DNA of 64,000 bases from a virus (Duplodnaviria > Caudoviricetes): the IMG/VR virus record IMGVR_UViG_3300046453_000026, positions 700-64,699 of that record; one strand, written 5' to 3'. The notes under the pieces were generated by a model that was not told where the DNA came from, did not search any database, and worked only from the letters and a program-made list of their open reading frames with translations. The position numbers were made by a program, and so were the translations under genes. Below are positions 32,301-39,411 of this stretch, in pieces; position 1 is the first letter of the stretch; each line of letters starts with the position of its first letter.

Positions 32301-33314
32301 GGTCTCATACATAGAGCCGCGCGCTGCCTGAAGCAGATCACCGTATACGCCCTGCTCTTGCTGCACATTAGCGTCCTTGGCGGCTTCCTTCTTGCCCTCT
32401 GCGGAACGGTTTGCCCCTTTATGGCGCTTCAGGATGTGCATCTGTCCCATGACATGAAGTCCCCGGGACTCGGCCATCTTCTTCACAACATGGCGGGCCA
32501 GCTTGTCGTTAGCCTGCGTGATCGCCCCGGCCACGTTCTTGATGTCCTCCGCATTGCGCTTGTTGACGGGCAGCGCCATAATAGCCTGCACCTTAGGCGT
32601 GTTCCACATCGCATCAATGTGAGTAGCTTCAGCGCTCGGTGTGGACTCCAGCTTGTTCAGCTCGTCCGCTGCCTTGCTCTGCTCGTTAGCCTTCGGGTCC
32701 TCCTGCTGCCGCTTGCGGTTCTGCGGGATGGTGCCCTTGACCTCCTTGGTCTTACTGCTCTCGTCGTGCGTGGTATCGCGTTTCAGCACAGGCGCTTCCA
32801 AAGCCTGCGTCCGCTTACTCTTACGACCTTCGGAAGCTTGCACAATGTTGTCGATTGCCGTCGATGCGGTTGCTGTCGATTTCGACGGCTTCCGGGTGTC
32901 GGATGCTGTCTTGCCGGATGCTGTCGAAACGGTAGGGTCTGTCAAATTTTGGCCCCGACCCGTGCCTCCCGTGGCATTGGTCTTGTTGGCCTCTTTAGTA
33001 GCCTTGCCCTTCGCAGCGGCGTTCGCTGCACGCTTAGCTTTGGCGTCGGCCTTTTTCTTGGCCTCTACGACCTTGGCGTGGTCGTTGGCGTGCATCATGT
33101 TGGCGCGCTTAACCTTACCGATCTTGCCGTCCTCGAAGCGCACCTTATGGTGGGTATCTCCTGTCTCCTGCACGATCCCTGTTTTGCCCGTGCTTGTTAC
33201 AACCTTGCTACCGCCCTTGATAGCTGTGAACTTACCGTACGTATCACGCGGGTGCATCGAATCCCTCCATGACTTCTGAAGGTCACCCCCGATGTATAGC
33301 ACAACATCTCCCAT
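26337..33314 (-). CDS. Giant head-region polyvalent protein: KOW-like, sigma-70-like module, unknown domains and SNF2 ATPase
   Basis: GHGMGTGKT, DEVH, LSGTPMEN, EGVDF and DWNP..Q..AR.RR SNF2 motifs (about 26600-28570). Sigma regions 2-4 at about 31575-32530. AAGGAGG RBS. Confidence 0.85.
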   Translation of the reverse strand: MGDVVLYIGGDLQKSWRDSMHPRDTYGKFTAIKGGSKVVTSTGKTGIVQETGDTHHKVRFEDGKIGKVKRANMMHANDHAKVVEAKKKADAKAKRAANAAAKGKATKEANKTNATGGTGRGQNLTDPTVSTASGKTASDTRKPSKSTATASTAIDNIVQASEGRKSKRTQALEAPVLKRDTTHDESSKTKEVKGTIPQNRKRQQEDPKANEQSKAADELNKLESTPSAEATHIDAMWNTPKVQAIMALPVNKRNAEDIKNVAGAITQANDKLARHVVKKMAESRGLHVMGQMHILKRHKGANRSAEGKKEAAKDANVQQEQGVYGDLLQAARGSMYETLHSILSGSQNPEKGTSIAAHTISRMKQKLHRDIYDFMNDIPAPHEIRGAIGDMRKHEESLTQKLGRAPTHGELADHLEANSKAFKDAPIVRAPHYDDAKGDWVQTNKRYEDPSDKLRALKNYSAQQKTTSIDKAAAESADGKTVSIKDSVTERTGASPEEAAIEKERQAELKGALPQAMRDMGLTDDEIRAMTIKHSQASETGSKASMTASEVAQRLNDKHGADVDTKWVENTLGRAMKKISAAVMQNHPAIQQLRMLKSLVVGSIMKAFYEYDLVKSLRSWGVGVDVLQQTYTRTLYADSKDDLLKSMEPHEYVGSFIMLDEGDVVAHITELTLPPDNDLYKSFNAHRNELRKSMFPHKGGSNHAVNSRATEYVKANKKKYGSISEQQHAAARSKGGGKTWSEELLLKNPGSAWITWGGKRVLVSSTTGELLYDSSNAAHRDEHNAGAQEDKLEFHHEREALASHEEGREASAREGWKSHIAAKEKNAGKKDGTFDYATERASYAKKNRGVDFDDAGDIQFTRDADVNEDNRHVVDHGVQAFREQMERMRSDWKQKDGNRLVGGHVKDFLDNHSHKALDVYSDLPDAEREELDSMTEDEKRTHLGSHFLNKPGVKEALQAYHDTYKSGKNPSEAEAKAREVLAGIGSVAGRNKDKMGSFLKDVASMNPAADGNMEALAESFGVKEMGRAREEAGKNLLPEGKYMIGNPITGKTMLVEIGGDFTGGAGSRKKDADGNEERGKYTSAVTEAFDPDGGAHEDLTNWGHLGRALGYTGKDASNLKATLTQFANTDADKPFMKKITDDEWAKHRANTKAGLQDTMLHKEFKLVDQARDSDGSIKMQTFAQKMADGTVNHISTDAEGYIKDPLMARLLNQRKPISNESDLNELLKSAVGNRRWITAHFGSDIHIGDALGHHIQLEYDGKGAPRVVGGKYGGYRYIDSRDVPKGSIDPTTGEPVKALFKNGKLVDRRFTTQNDVAMKAGNAVMYKDGAGYRKGRIHSIEGDTYKVTDGKGHVIGMFGKGELKAAREEGRILSDSGNAVVKVAKSGAHRMNIAEAFKGEDPKSQRRADLAKDLFTQALQKANVNQGAFDKDGNLQKDIELSDQQHKRLAKVLGRSKAGKELMAKFSSSYVKELEVHVPDSMRKHVESAGVRVLNDGTARISTAMFEKLREDLGKDSRGISLTHEASEYLKDHFARKDRKPESVPELRDQFQPSTVKTSNPEFDKHYKAQFNEHSYLMNPSQGLYGTQLEGAAHLRKRGRAIAGHGMGTGKTILGVVAGLHYKAEELAAGRKPKKTLIVSPKGIMSDWGKEVGSHTNSTALFIGSGLKGVKNERGRSMWGQAGNEQEAVDFKSFKKNTSAHASEDHDFHIVNYDTFMRNREHFANSGMYDNIVIDEVHAFKNQKGKRGTALAETTDKFKNVWGLSGTPMENDAREAYALIDTVTGGKHELGSMKEFTDNYMQKDKNGKIVGIKPAMSEKLGDIMANVIQFRGGEDVTYNDGSKIHFPHLEGASEVDKPSPKTDFMGNMVDRSRDHNTNNYYGTKHSITDFESEQKEVTNAKNGEKYTVTTTTPKNVSPSVQRMYDKYKELEAKYLPESKKAELATAAATGIDQGKKDGGNYLTAMQKLAKFLNAPLSHKMFVGGGDALDSGATDAQSAAATSEAGKKAAQGLKEGEHYVVDKDGFKRYYESDGEGGYAKNGDGSPKLLPPLHKENPKAQYLQDRIHKYLDGLQDENKDRIKRGQVPMVPKVVVKSSYTTFGTDIIDNVLKEVRKSHPIFADLHKQGYKDLGQGQFTGEATDREDTKVGFRGNKHDYAKNQGSLWATTVSPAGKEGVDFGNAHIMFHYDQDWNPQKMAQFTARVRRSDSAKTHAQIGRANSVRVESMHVPNTVEDFMFNAQDAKIKGVEDLTGSTRSAEKNPKLGETQGTIGRGHRGFTSRNDQRRKPRGVTAAPRKPKVAERVVTKLPKLPAASADKALKLVILL

Positions 33315-33339
33315 GCTTGCCCCTCCTTATTTCGCGCAC

Positions 33340-33367
33340 AAAAAGCACCCGGCCTACCACCGGGTGC
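33340..33367 (-). terminator. Intrinsic terminator just upstream of the giant gene's RBS
   Basis: GCACCCGG-7 nt-CCGGGTGC-TTTTT. Confidence 0.7.
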
Positions 33368-33452
33368 AAATTGTCGGTTATTGGCGAGTTCATTCTATCA
33401 GACCCGCCATGGTTTTGAATAGGTTAGACTTCGGAAGTCCTGTAAACGACAA

Positions 33453-33481
33453 ATAACCCTAGCCATCTAGACTAGGGTTAT
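33453..33481 (-). terminator. Stem-loop / terminator downstream of the 1139-aa gene
   Basis: ATAACCCTAG/CTAGGGTTAT inverted repeat. Confidence 0.55.
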
Positions 33482-33585
33482 AAGCAGTGAAGAGGTGTCG
33501 AAGCTCCCACCTAATAACAGTGAAGCCTACTTCGGCGGAGTGGAATCTACCGTTTCGTGCCTAGTTCTACATTAGCACATCACAC

Positions 33586-36500
33586 CTACTCTCGCAAGGT
33601 CTCTCCGTCATTAAATATCTTCCGGTCCTCGTCCGGGTTCGGAATAGGGACGATGACGCCGACCCCGAAAGGTACAGGCTGGCGGCTCACCAGCTCTCCG
33701 TGTTCGTCCTCTTCAATCCACGGAGGCTTCGGAAGTGCGATGACGTAGGCAGCAGTCTCGTCGTACAGGTCGTACTGGGAAATGGCGTAGCCCAGCGCCT
33801 GCTCAAACAAGTTGGTAAAGCAGGTCTCCTGTGCTTCCTTGTCGTCATCATTACCCTTGCCCTTAGTTTGCACGTATCCCTTGGCATTGATGGCGTCCAG
33901 CTCTCGCTGTCCGATGCCCCGGTACATCACGTTGGTGTCACCGCCGAAGGGGTCGTTACCTGCCGGGTCTGGGATGATGGACTTCCACAGCTCCCGGTAC
34001 TGGGCAATGGCCTGCTGCCGCTCGGCTTCATCCTTGCCCTTGACGATGCAAGGGACGTGAGTGTAGTCGAGGCCTTTGGAGGCTATCCAGCGGTGGTGAC
34101 CATCGTGGACATCGTTGTCGTACCCGATCTCGACAGGCTTCAGGCCGACGCCCTGCCGCATCTTCTCCATGTTCTCGCGCACCTTGTCCCAGTTGGTCGC
34201 TCCCTCGGTTTGGTAGATCATTTGCAGGCGGTTCACTGGGATGTAGATAACTTCCGAAGGGTCGGTCTCATGGTCGATATCGTAGGCGCTGCGCTCGGTA
34301 ATGCCAGACTCGATCCCATCCGGGTCCCGGCGGGCTTGTAGGGCTTGGTTTCGGGCATTATAGTTGTTCACCGCCTGATCTCCACGCTTCCGAAGCTCAG
34401 TAGCATTGAAGAACCTCAATGGTTCACCCTTTACCCGTTCTATATCCCGGATAAAGTCTAGGACCTGACCCTTTTGAAGTTCCATGTCCAGCGCCTTCTT
34501 CAGGGCCTTGGTCTTAGTGATGTGCTTCAGCAGCGCATCCATGGCGGCGTGCATGTGCTTGCGCTCGTCACCTACTGGGAACGGCGCGTCGAGGTTTCCC
34601 TTGGAAGTCTTCGTGTCCCACACAAGGTAGTTGTTTTTACGCTTCTTGGCGGTCAGTTTATCCTCGATCATGGACTCGAACACCCGGGCAAACATCTCGC
34701 ATCCTTGGGCGTAGTACGGCTTCCCGCCTCCGTCGAACTCTTGCATCCGGGTGTAGTACTCACTCTTACCTGTCGGAACCTGAATCTCGCCCTTGTACTC
34801 GGCCCCGGTCTTACGTTTCATCTCGTAGGCCACCATGTGGGGCAGGGCATTAAGCTCTTTCGTGTGGTTACGCTGCGCAATCTTAATACGCTTCTCCCGA
34901 TCCTTATCGGATTTCACGAACGAGCTGTTCATCACACGGTTGACCGCGCGGTCGTACTCGTTGTCAATCTTGTCCTTCCAGCGGGTGTACACTGCTTCAG
35001 GGCTATCCCCTGCCTCTATTTCCCGGCGCATACTCGGGTAGTAGGAGCCTGCGGGTCTAGCGGTGGAGTCTATCGAGACTTTCGTCACTCCACCGGGCTG
35101 TCCCGGTGCAGGCTTGCGAACGGCTTCCATCAGGTCACCGTATAGCCTCTTCAGCTCGGGGTCCCCATCGCCCATCGACTGCGGCGCATCGGATGCCAAG
35201 GATAGCGATCCAGCGCTACCATGCGAGTAGGCATACATGATATTGTCCATCGCATGGCCCCACTCATGCGCGAGGGACCCCGCGCCGCCGAACTTGGTCA
35301 TGTTGATGACCTTACGGTCCGGCTCATAGTGGGCTACTGCTCCAGCTTTACCACGAGCACCGAACGCTATCGACAGCCGCCCATTCAGGGATACGTCCTT
35401 GTCCTCCACTCCGATGATATCAGCGAGGTCACTGAAGGCTTCGGAAGCACGCTTCAGGTGGTACAGGCCAGACGAATCGTCCACCCAGTTACCAAACTCC
35501 ACGCCCTTCATGTTGAACTGCTTGACCATGTCCTCCGGCTTCTTGACGGTCGTTTCCTTCCCACCTGTTCGCTGGTGCTCACTGACGGCCATGCGCTCCC
35601 ACTTCTTCCTGCCTGCTCCCCGTGTGGAGGAACGGTCCTTCTCGTCGGCCCCATCTGCTGCGGCTTCGGAAGGCTTGAAGTAAGTGTCCCAGTTCAGCTT
35701 CTTGTCGACCACTGTCTGGAAGGTGCGCACGCGAGAGTTGCCGTTTGTGAAGAAGTTATTCAGCTTGTCTCCCATAGCCTCGAAGTCCATAACCTTCTTG
35801 GCGGCTTCGGCCTTGCTGATACGCTCGTTGTAGTAATCGTGGTTGAAGTAGGAGGCTGAACCGCTGTTTGCTACCTTATGCTTCAGCTCCGCCAGCCCGT
35901 CACCCTCTCTTGCAATGGTGCCCAGCTCAGACACGGACTTCCGAATGTTGTCCCACGTCTTAATAGGGGCGAGCACCCGGTGAAGCTGCCGGATACCGTT
36001 CAGGTAGGCCGCACGATCCTCGGGCTTGTCACCCGCAGGCTTCGGTGCTACCCGGTCGTATATAAGCTGCTTCAACATAGCAGCGTTAATCTCCACACCG
36101 TTCTTCTGCTCCTGCTCGAAGTCTACAGGTGGCAGGATGTTCTTCTTCACACACATCTTCTGTGCCACTTCCGGCGCAACCTTCTCCAGCGCTTCAAGGT
36201 TCTGCATCGTCGGCTCGGTAGTAAAGTTCTTTTGGAACGTGTCCTTGCGAGCGCCGCCCACCTTGTCGCCTACGTCGTAGGCCAGCTCTCGGTTAGCTTG
36301 GGCTTCGGAACGAATGTCGGCTACCTTGCCCGGCGCTTTCGCTTGTTTGCCCCCTGCCGGAGCCGCTTTTGGTGACTTCGGCTTCGCGGCTGGTTTGCGG
36401 TCTGGTTTGATGTCCACAGGTACTGTGAGTGTGGCGGGCTGCTTACCTCGAACAGGCTTCTTTCCAGCTCCGCCCACTGTTCCTGAGTCGATTTCTTTTC

Positions 36501-37005
36501 CAGCGGCGGGCTTTCGCTTAGCCGCAGGTTTGCCAGCGCTGCTACCAGCCTCGCCATCGACGGCCTTCCCAGCCCCACGACTATTACCCTTTGCCGCTCC
36601 TCCACTGGCTGCGCTCCCCTTCTTTGCCGCTACTCGTTTTTGCTTGGCTGCGGCCTTGGCTTCAGCGTCAACGTTGGCCTGATGCTTCTGAAGCTGCGGT
36701 TTGGTGGCCTTCTTCGCGCCACCACTAACTGCCGGAACCGATCCTGCCAGTACCTTGCCGTCCTTGACGTAAATATGGTGACCACTCATGGTCACCCATT
36801 GCCCACCCGGAGGCAGTTCCTTATGAACCGCCTTGGCTTGGGTCTTCGTTATCTTCGTCGTCTTCTTTGTCGTACTGGCGGTACCACTCCCCGCAGATTT
36901 TACCTTCGTCTTCGTCGTCGGTGGTTTGGTCGTCGTGCTTTTCAGTGCCTTCCGAAGTTCCTCCGGGTTGTTGATGATGTTCAGGCTGCTCGCGTCCAGT
37001 AGCAT
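33586..37005 (-). CDS. Polyvalent protein: LPD-type/zincin-like domains, ParB/Srx-like domain and putative ADP-ribosyltransferase-like domain
   Basis: DVGDKVGGARKD; EFGNWV..IAFGARG..AHYEP..SLAHEWGHAMD; EMFARVFE..YL..P.GDER; DGHHRW; YRG...E...I...G...FT..A.GYA. Start moved to ATG 37005 using the RBS. Confidence 0.75.
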   Translation of the reverse strand: MLLDASSLNIINNPEELRKALKSTTTKPPTTKTKVKSAGSGTASTTKKTTKITKTQAKAVHKELPPGGQWVTMSGHHIYVKDGKVLAGSVPAVSGGAKKATKPQLQKHQANVDAEAKAAAKQKRVAAKKGSAASGGAAKGNSRGAGKAVDGEAGSSAGKPAAKRKPAAGKEIDSGTVGGAGKKPVRGKQPATLTVPVDIKPDRKPAAKPKSPKAAPAGGKQAKAPGKVADIRSEAQANRELAYDVGDKVGGARKDTFQKNFTTEPTMQNLEALEKVAPEVAQKMCVKKNILPPVDFEQEQKNGVEINAAMLKQLIYDRVAPKPAGDKPEDRAAYLNGIRQLHRVLAPIKTWDNIRKSVSELGTIAREGDGLAELKHKVANSGSASYFNHDYYNERISKAEAAKKVMDFEAMGDKLNNFFTNGNSRVRTFQTVVDKKLNWDTYFKPSEAAADGADEKDRSSTRGAGRKKWERMAVSEHQRTGGKETTVKKPEDMVKQFNMKGVEFGNWVDDSSGLYHLKRASEAFSDLADIIGVEDKDVSLNGRLSIAFGARGKAGAVAHYEPDRKVINMTKFGGAGSLAHEWGHAMDNIMYAYSHGSAGSLSLASDAPQSMGDGDPELKRLYGDLMEAVRKPAPGQPGGVTKVSIDSTARPAGSYYPSMRREIEAGDSPEAVYTRWKDKIDNEYDRAVNRVMNSSFVKSDKDREKRIKIAQRNHTKELNALPHMVAYEMKRKTGAEYKGEIQVPTGKSEYYTRMQEFDGGGKPYYAQGCEMFARVFESMIEDKLTAKKRKNNYLVWDTKTSKGNLDAPFPVGDERKHMHAAMDALLKHITKTKALKKALDMELQKGQVLDFIRDIERVKGEPLRFFNATELRKRGDQAVNNYNARNQALQARRDPDGIESGITERSAYDIDHETDPSEVIYIPVNRLQMIYQTEGATNWDKVRENMEKMRQGVGLKPVEIGYDNDVHDGHHRWIASKGLDYTHVPCIVKGKDEAERQQAIAQYRELWKSIIPDPAGNDPFGGDTNVMYRGIGQRELDAINAKGYVQTKGKGNDDDKEAQETCFTNLFEQALGYAISQYDLYDETAAYVIALPKPPWIEEDEHGELVSRQPVPFGVGVIVPIPNPDEDRKIFNDGETLRE

Positions 37006-37282
37006 CGGTTTGCTCCCCCTTCTCATGCAAGATGGCAGGGACTGCGTTGTCCGTGTAGTAAGCATTGACATGACCTTCGCCCACGTCCACCTTCACCAGC
37101 TTTAGTAGCCCCTTGCGCACCAGCTTCTTTAGTCCGTTCTTGCTGATCATATCCGACTCTGTAAGCACGATTCCTGCGACAGGCATCCCGGTGGATACCA
37201 CCATGCCGTCAATGGCGGTCAGAACGAAGCCCTCGCGGGATTGTCTGAATTGCAGCGTGCCCTCGGTCTGTGGGTAATTCAT
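36821..37282 (-). CDS. Hypothetical protein overlapping the start of the polyvalent gene
   Basis: AAAGGAG RBS; the 3' part overlaps the next gene in another frame. Confidence 0.5.
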   Translation of the reverse strand: MNYPQTEGTLQFRQSREGFVLTAIDGMVVSTGMPVAGIVLTESDMISKNGLKKLVRKGLLKLVKVDVGEGHVNAYYTDNAVPAILHEKGEQTDATGREQPEHHQQPGGTSEGTEKHDDQTTDDEDEGKICGEWYRQYDKEDDEDNEDPSQGGS

Positions 37283-37302
37283 AGCTACCAGCTCCTTTAT
37301 AA

Positions 37303-37806
37303 TTAGGCCTCAGTGACTTCGACCTGTAAGTATACAACAATCATGAACCGATGCTGCTCTGCGATGCGCGCCAGCCGCATGAGAGTAGGAGGCACCAGCA
37401 CTTTAAGTTTTACGCGAGCCGGGTCAATGGTCAGGTCTCTTTCCTTTGTGGTGAACACCTTACGCTCTTCAGCCGGAAGGTATCCCTCTGGATATGTCTC
37501 TACTGCGCTATACGCGCTTGGCAGGTGGACGGTCATTGGTTCCTGACCTTCGGAAGGTACGAAGCCGTCAAAGTGCGGAGCCAGTAGCCCTGCAATTGCG
37601 TACCCTAATCCCTCAGCAAAGTCCTCTGTCGCCTTTGCAACAACATCATCGTCGTTCTCATAGGCCTTGTACGTGTAGGTGCGCCCGTAGCACTTAGTGC
37701 CGCCTGTGGTGAACACCTTCTCGTTAGGTAATGCCTCATACAGCCCGCCTATCTCCAGTTGCTGCGAGTTGTGCTCATACGGAATGTTCTCAATTTCGAG
37801 TCTCAT
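37303..37806 (-). CDS. Hypothetical protein
   Basis: ORF downstream of a predicted promoter. Confidence 0.55.
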   Translation of the reverse strand: MRLEIENIPYEHNSQQLEIGGLYEALPNEKVFTTGGTKCYGRTYTYKAYENDDDVVAKATEDFAEGLGYAIAGLLAPHFDGFVPSEGQEPMTVHLPSAYSAVETYPEGYLPAEERKVFTTKERDLTIDPARVKLKVLVPPTLMRLARIAEQHRFMIVVYLQVEVTEA

Positions 37807-37842
37807 TGTCCTTCATCCCCTTAATTGGTATTTGATGGCCCC

Positions 37843-37872
37843 ATGCTATACTAGGCCTTCCGAAGCCGTCAA
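37843..37872 (-). promoter_or_regulatory. Probable SigA-type promoter with CTTCGGAAG in its spacer
   Basis: TTGACG-18 bp-TAGCAT in the intergenic gap. Confidence 0.5.
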
Positions 37873-37875
37873 GCA

Positions 37876-39168
37876 TTAAAGATTTGGATCAGGCGGCAGT
37901 CCTCGCTTGGCGCGCTCTTCCTGAATCAACTCAGAGGCGGACTTCAGCGTCGGTACGCCCTCCACCATCTTGTAGAACCGGGAGATGCGGTGCCAGCGGC
38001 AGCGACATAGCGGGTGCATTGGGATGCACGGACGGTATGTAGCCACTCTGCGGCCGAAGTTGGTCTTTCCCGGCCACACCATCTGTGCGTCGCTGGCCTC
38101 GGACTCTTCGGAAGGCGGCTCCCGTAGCACGGTGAACTGCTTGCCGATGACCATCTCCTTGCAGTGCTTGCAGGCGTCCACGCTGCCCATCCCAATCACC
38201 TGCTCACCATCCTCCAGCTCTGACAGGTAGGCATCGCTCGCTACCATTGCCAGCTCCGTGATAGCTACACGTCTCCAGTCCCTATTCTGCTCCCCGTACA
38301 GGTCGAATAGCTCCTGTTCGAGGCGCTTCGGAAGCCAGCGCTCCTTCTTGGCCCGGATGATTAACTGCTTGATTCCCGCCCGGTGCCTGTCGTCCACTTC
38401 CTGCACCTTGTCTGCTGCGCCGTGGGTGGCATGAGAAACGGCTGCGGCTTCACGGGGGGTAAGTGGGAGGATGGTAACCTTGTGTCCTTCTGAAGCCTTC
38501 TCACGGGCTTCTCGTTCTGTAAGGACGACGGACTCTCTCCGGGAGGCTTGGATGCTCTCCGGGAATCGGTCAACCATGGCCCCGATGGTGCTGATAACCT
38601 GCTTCTCGGACTCGTTGCGAATCTTGCCGATAAATCCCGCACGTACCATGTAGGCCTCGACAGTTTTCGCATAGTCCGGTAGGCGGGACCGTAGCATTTT
38701 GTCGATCTTTGCCAGCTCCGCCTTCTTGAAGGGGTTGGTGTCCTGAATGTACTTGACGAAGGACTCCCGCCGCTCCTTGGAGACGGCCACAAGGTCCGAT
38801 ATGCGGCGCTTGGCGTTACCCATCCAGCCCTGCTTCGACTTTGTCAGGTCGTCTGCATAGGTCTCATACTCTAAAGTGAATGCCTTCTCGGTGTCCAGAT
38901 CGTCAACGTTTAGGCCCAGCGCAGCAAATATGTCGGCCATACGCTGAGCGCTGGCTTCCTGAAGCTCTTCGTATAATCCGTCCTCTGCCTGCCCCAGCAG
39001 CTCGTCGCCATTACGTTCCCACATGTTGTGCTCGTCTCCCTTGCCTGCTACCACGTTCATGATCTTCGGAAGCTCCATGGCTTGGCGGAGAGTGACCAGT
39101 ATTTGCTCCCGCACTTCAGCGGGAGCTTGTTGGATGTCCTTCGGAAGCTGGATGTTTAGCTTGTTCAT
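37876..39168 (-). CDS. MuF / SPP1 gp7-like head morphogenesis protein
   Basis: RDWRRVAITEL, DACKHC and PMHPLCRCRW motifs; follows the portal. Confidence 0.8.
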   Translation of the reverse strand: MNKLNIQLPKDIQQAPAEVREQILVTLRQAMELPKIMNVVAGKGDEHNMWERNGDELLGQAEDGLYEELQEASAQRMADIFAALGLNVDDLDTEKAFTLEYETYADDLTKSKQGWMGNAKRRISDLVAVSKERRESFVKYIQDTNPFKKAELAKIDKMLRSRLPDYAKTVEAYMVRAGFIGKIRNESEKQVISTIGAMVDRFPESIQASRRESVVLTEREAREKASEGHKVTILPLTPREAAAVSHATHGAADKVQEVDDRHRAGIKQLIIRAKKERWLPKRLEQELFDLYGEQNRDWRRVAITELAMVASDAYLSELEDGEQVIGMGSVDACKHCKEMVIGKQFTVLREPPSEESEASDAQMVWPGKTNFGRRVATYRPCIPMHPLCRCRWHRISRFYKMVEGVPTLKSASELIQEERAKRGLPPDPNL

Positions 39169-39392
39169 AGCGCACCTGCTGGTTCACTTCGGAAGGTGTA
39201 GCCATTTAGCGACAGGACGTATATAAAGCCCGGTAGCTGAGCTGCGGGTACTGTAAATACGACGTCAGTCGCTGCATCCTCTCCATCCAGCACGTCGTCG
39301 ATCTCGATGGTGACGACATAGTACTCAGGATGTTCGAGGGCGATAACAGCTTCTGACTCTTGGCTAAATCGGTTGTAGCTCTCCATTCCCAT
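39165..39392 (-). CDS. Hypothetical protein
   Basis: RBS-supported ORF between portal and MuF. Confidence 0.5.
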   Translation of the reverse strand: MGMESYNRFSQESEAVIALEHPEYYVVTIEIDDVLDGEDAATDVVFTVPAAQLPGFIYVLSLNGYTFRSEPAGAL

Positions 39393-39411
39393 GTGTGAAC
39401 CCTCCCTTGGT

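Noticed and set aside
22433-33272. Long plus-strand ORFs (e.g. 22433-23869, 28350-29948, 31554-33272; also 238-1293 and 39661-40602)
   Set aside because: They are antisense shadows of well-supported minus-strand genes, with no RBS or recognisable motifs; codon bias explains the lack of stops.
33482-33585. tRNA-like GCTTCGAC segment
   Set aside because: No acceptor stem, D-arm or CCA end could be built; I found no tRNA gene in the window.
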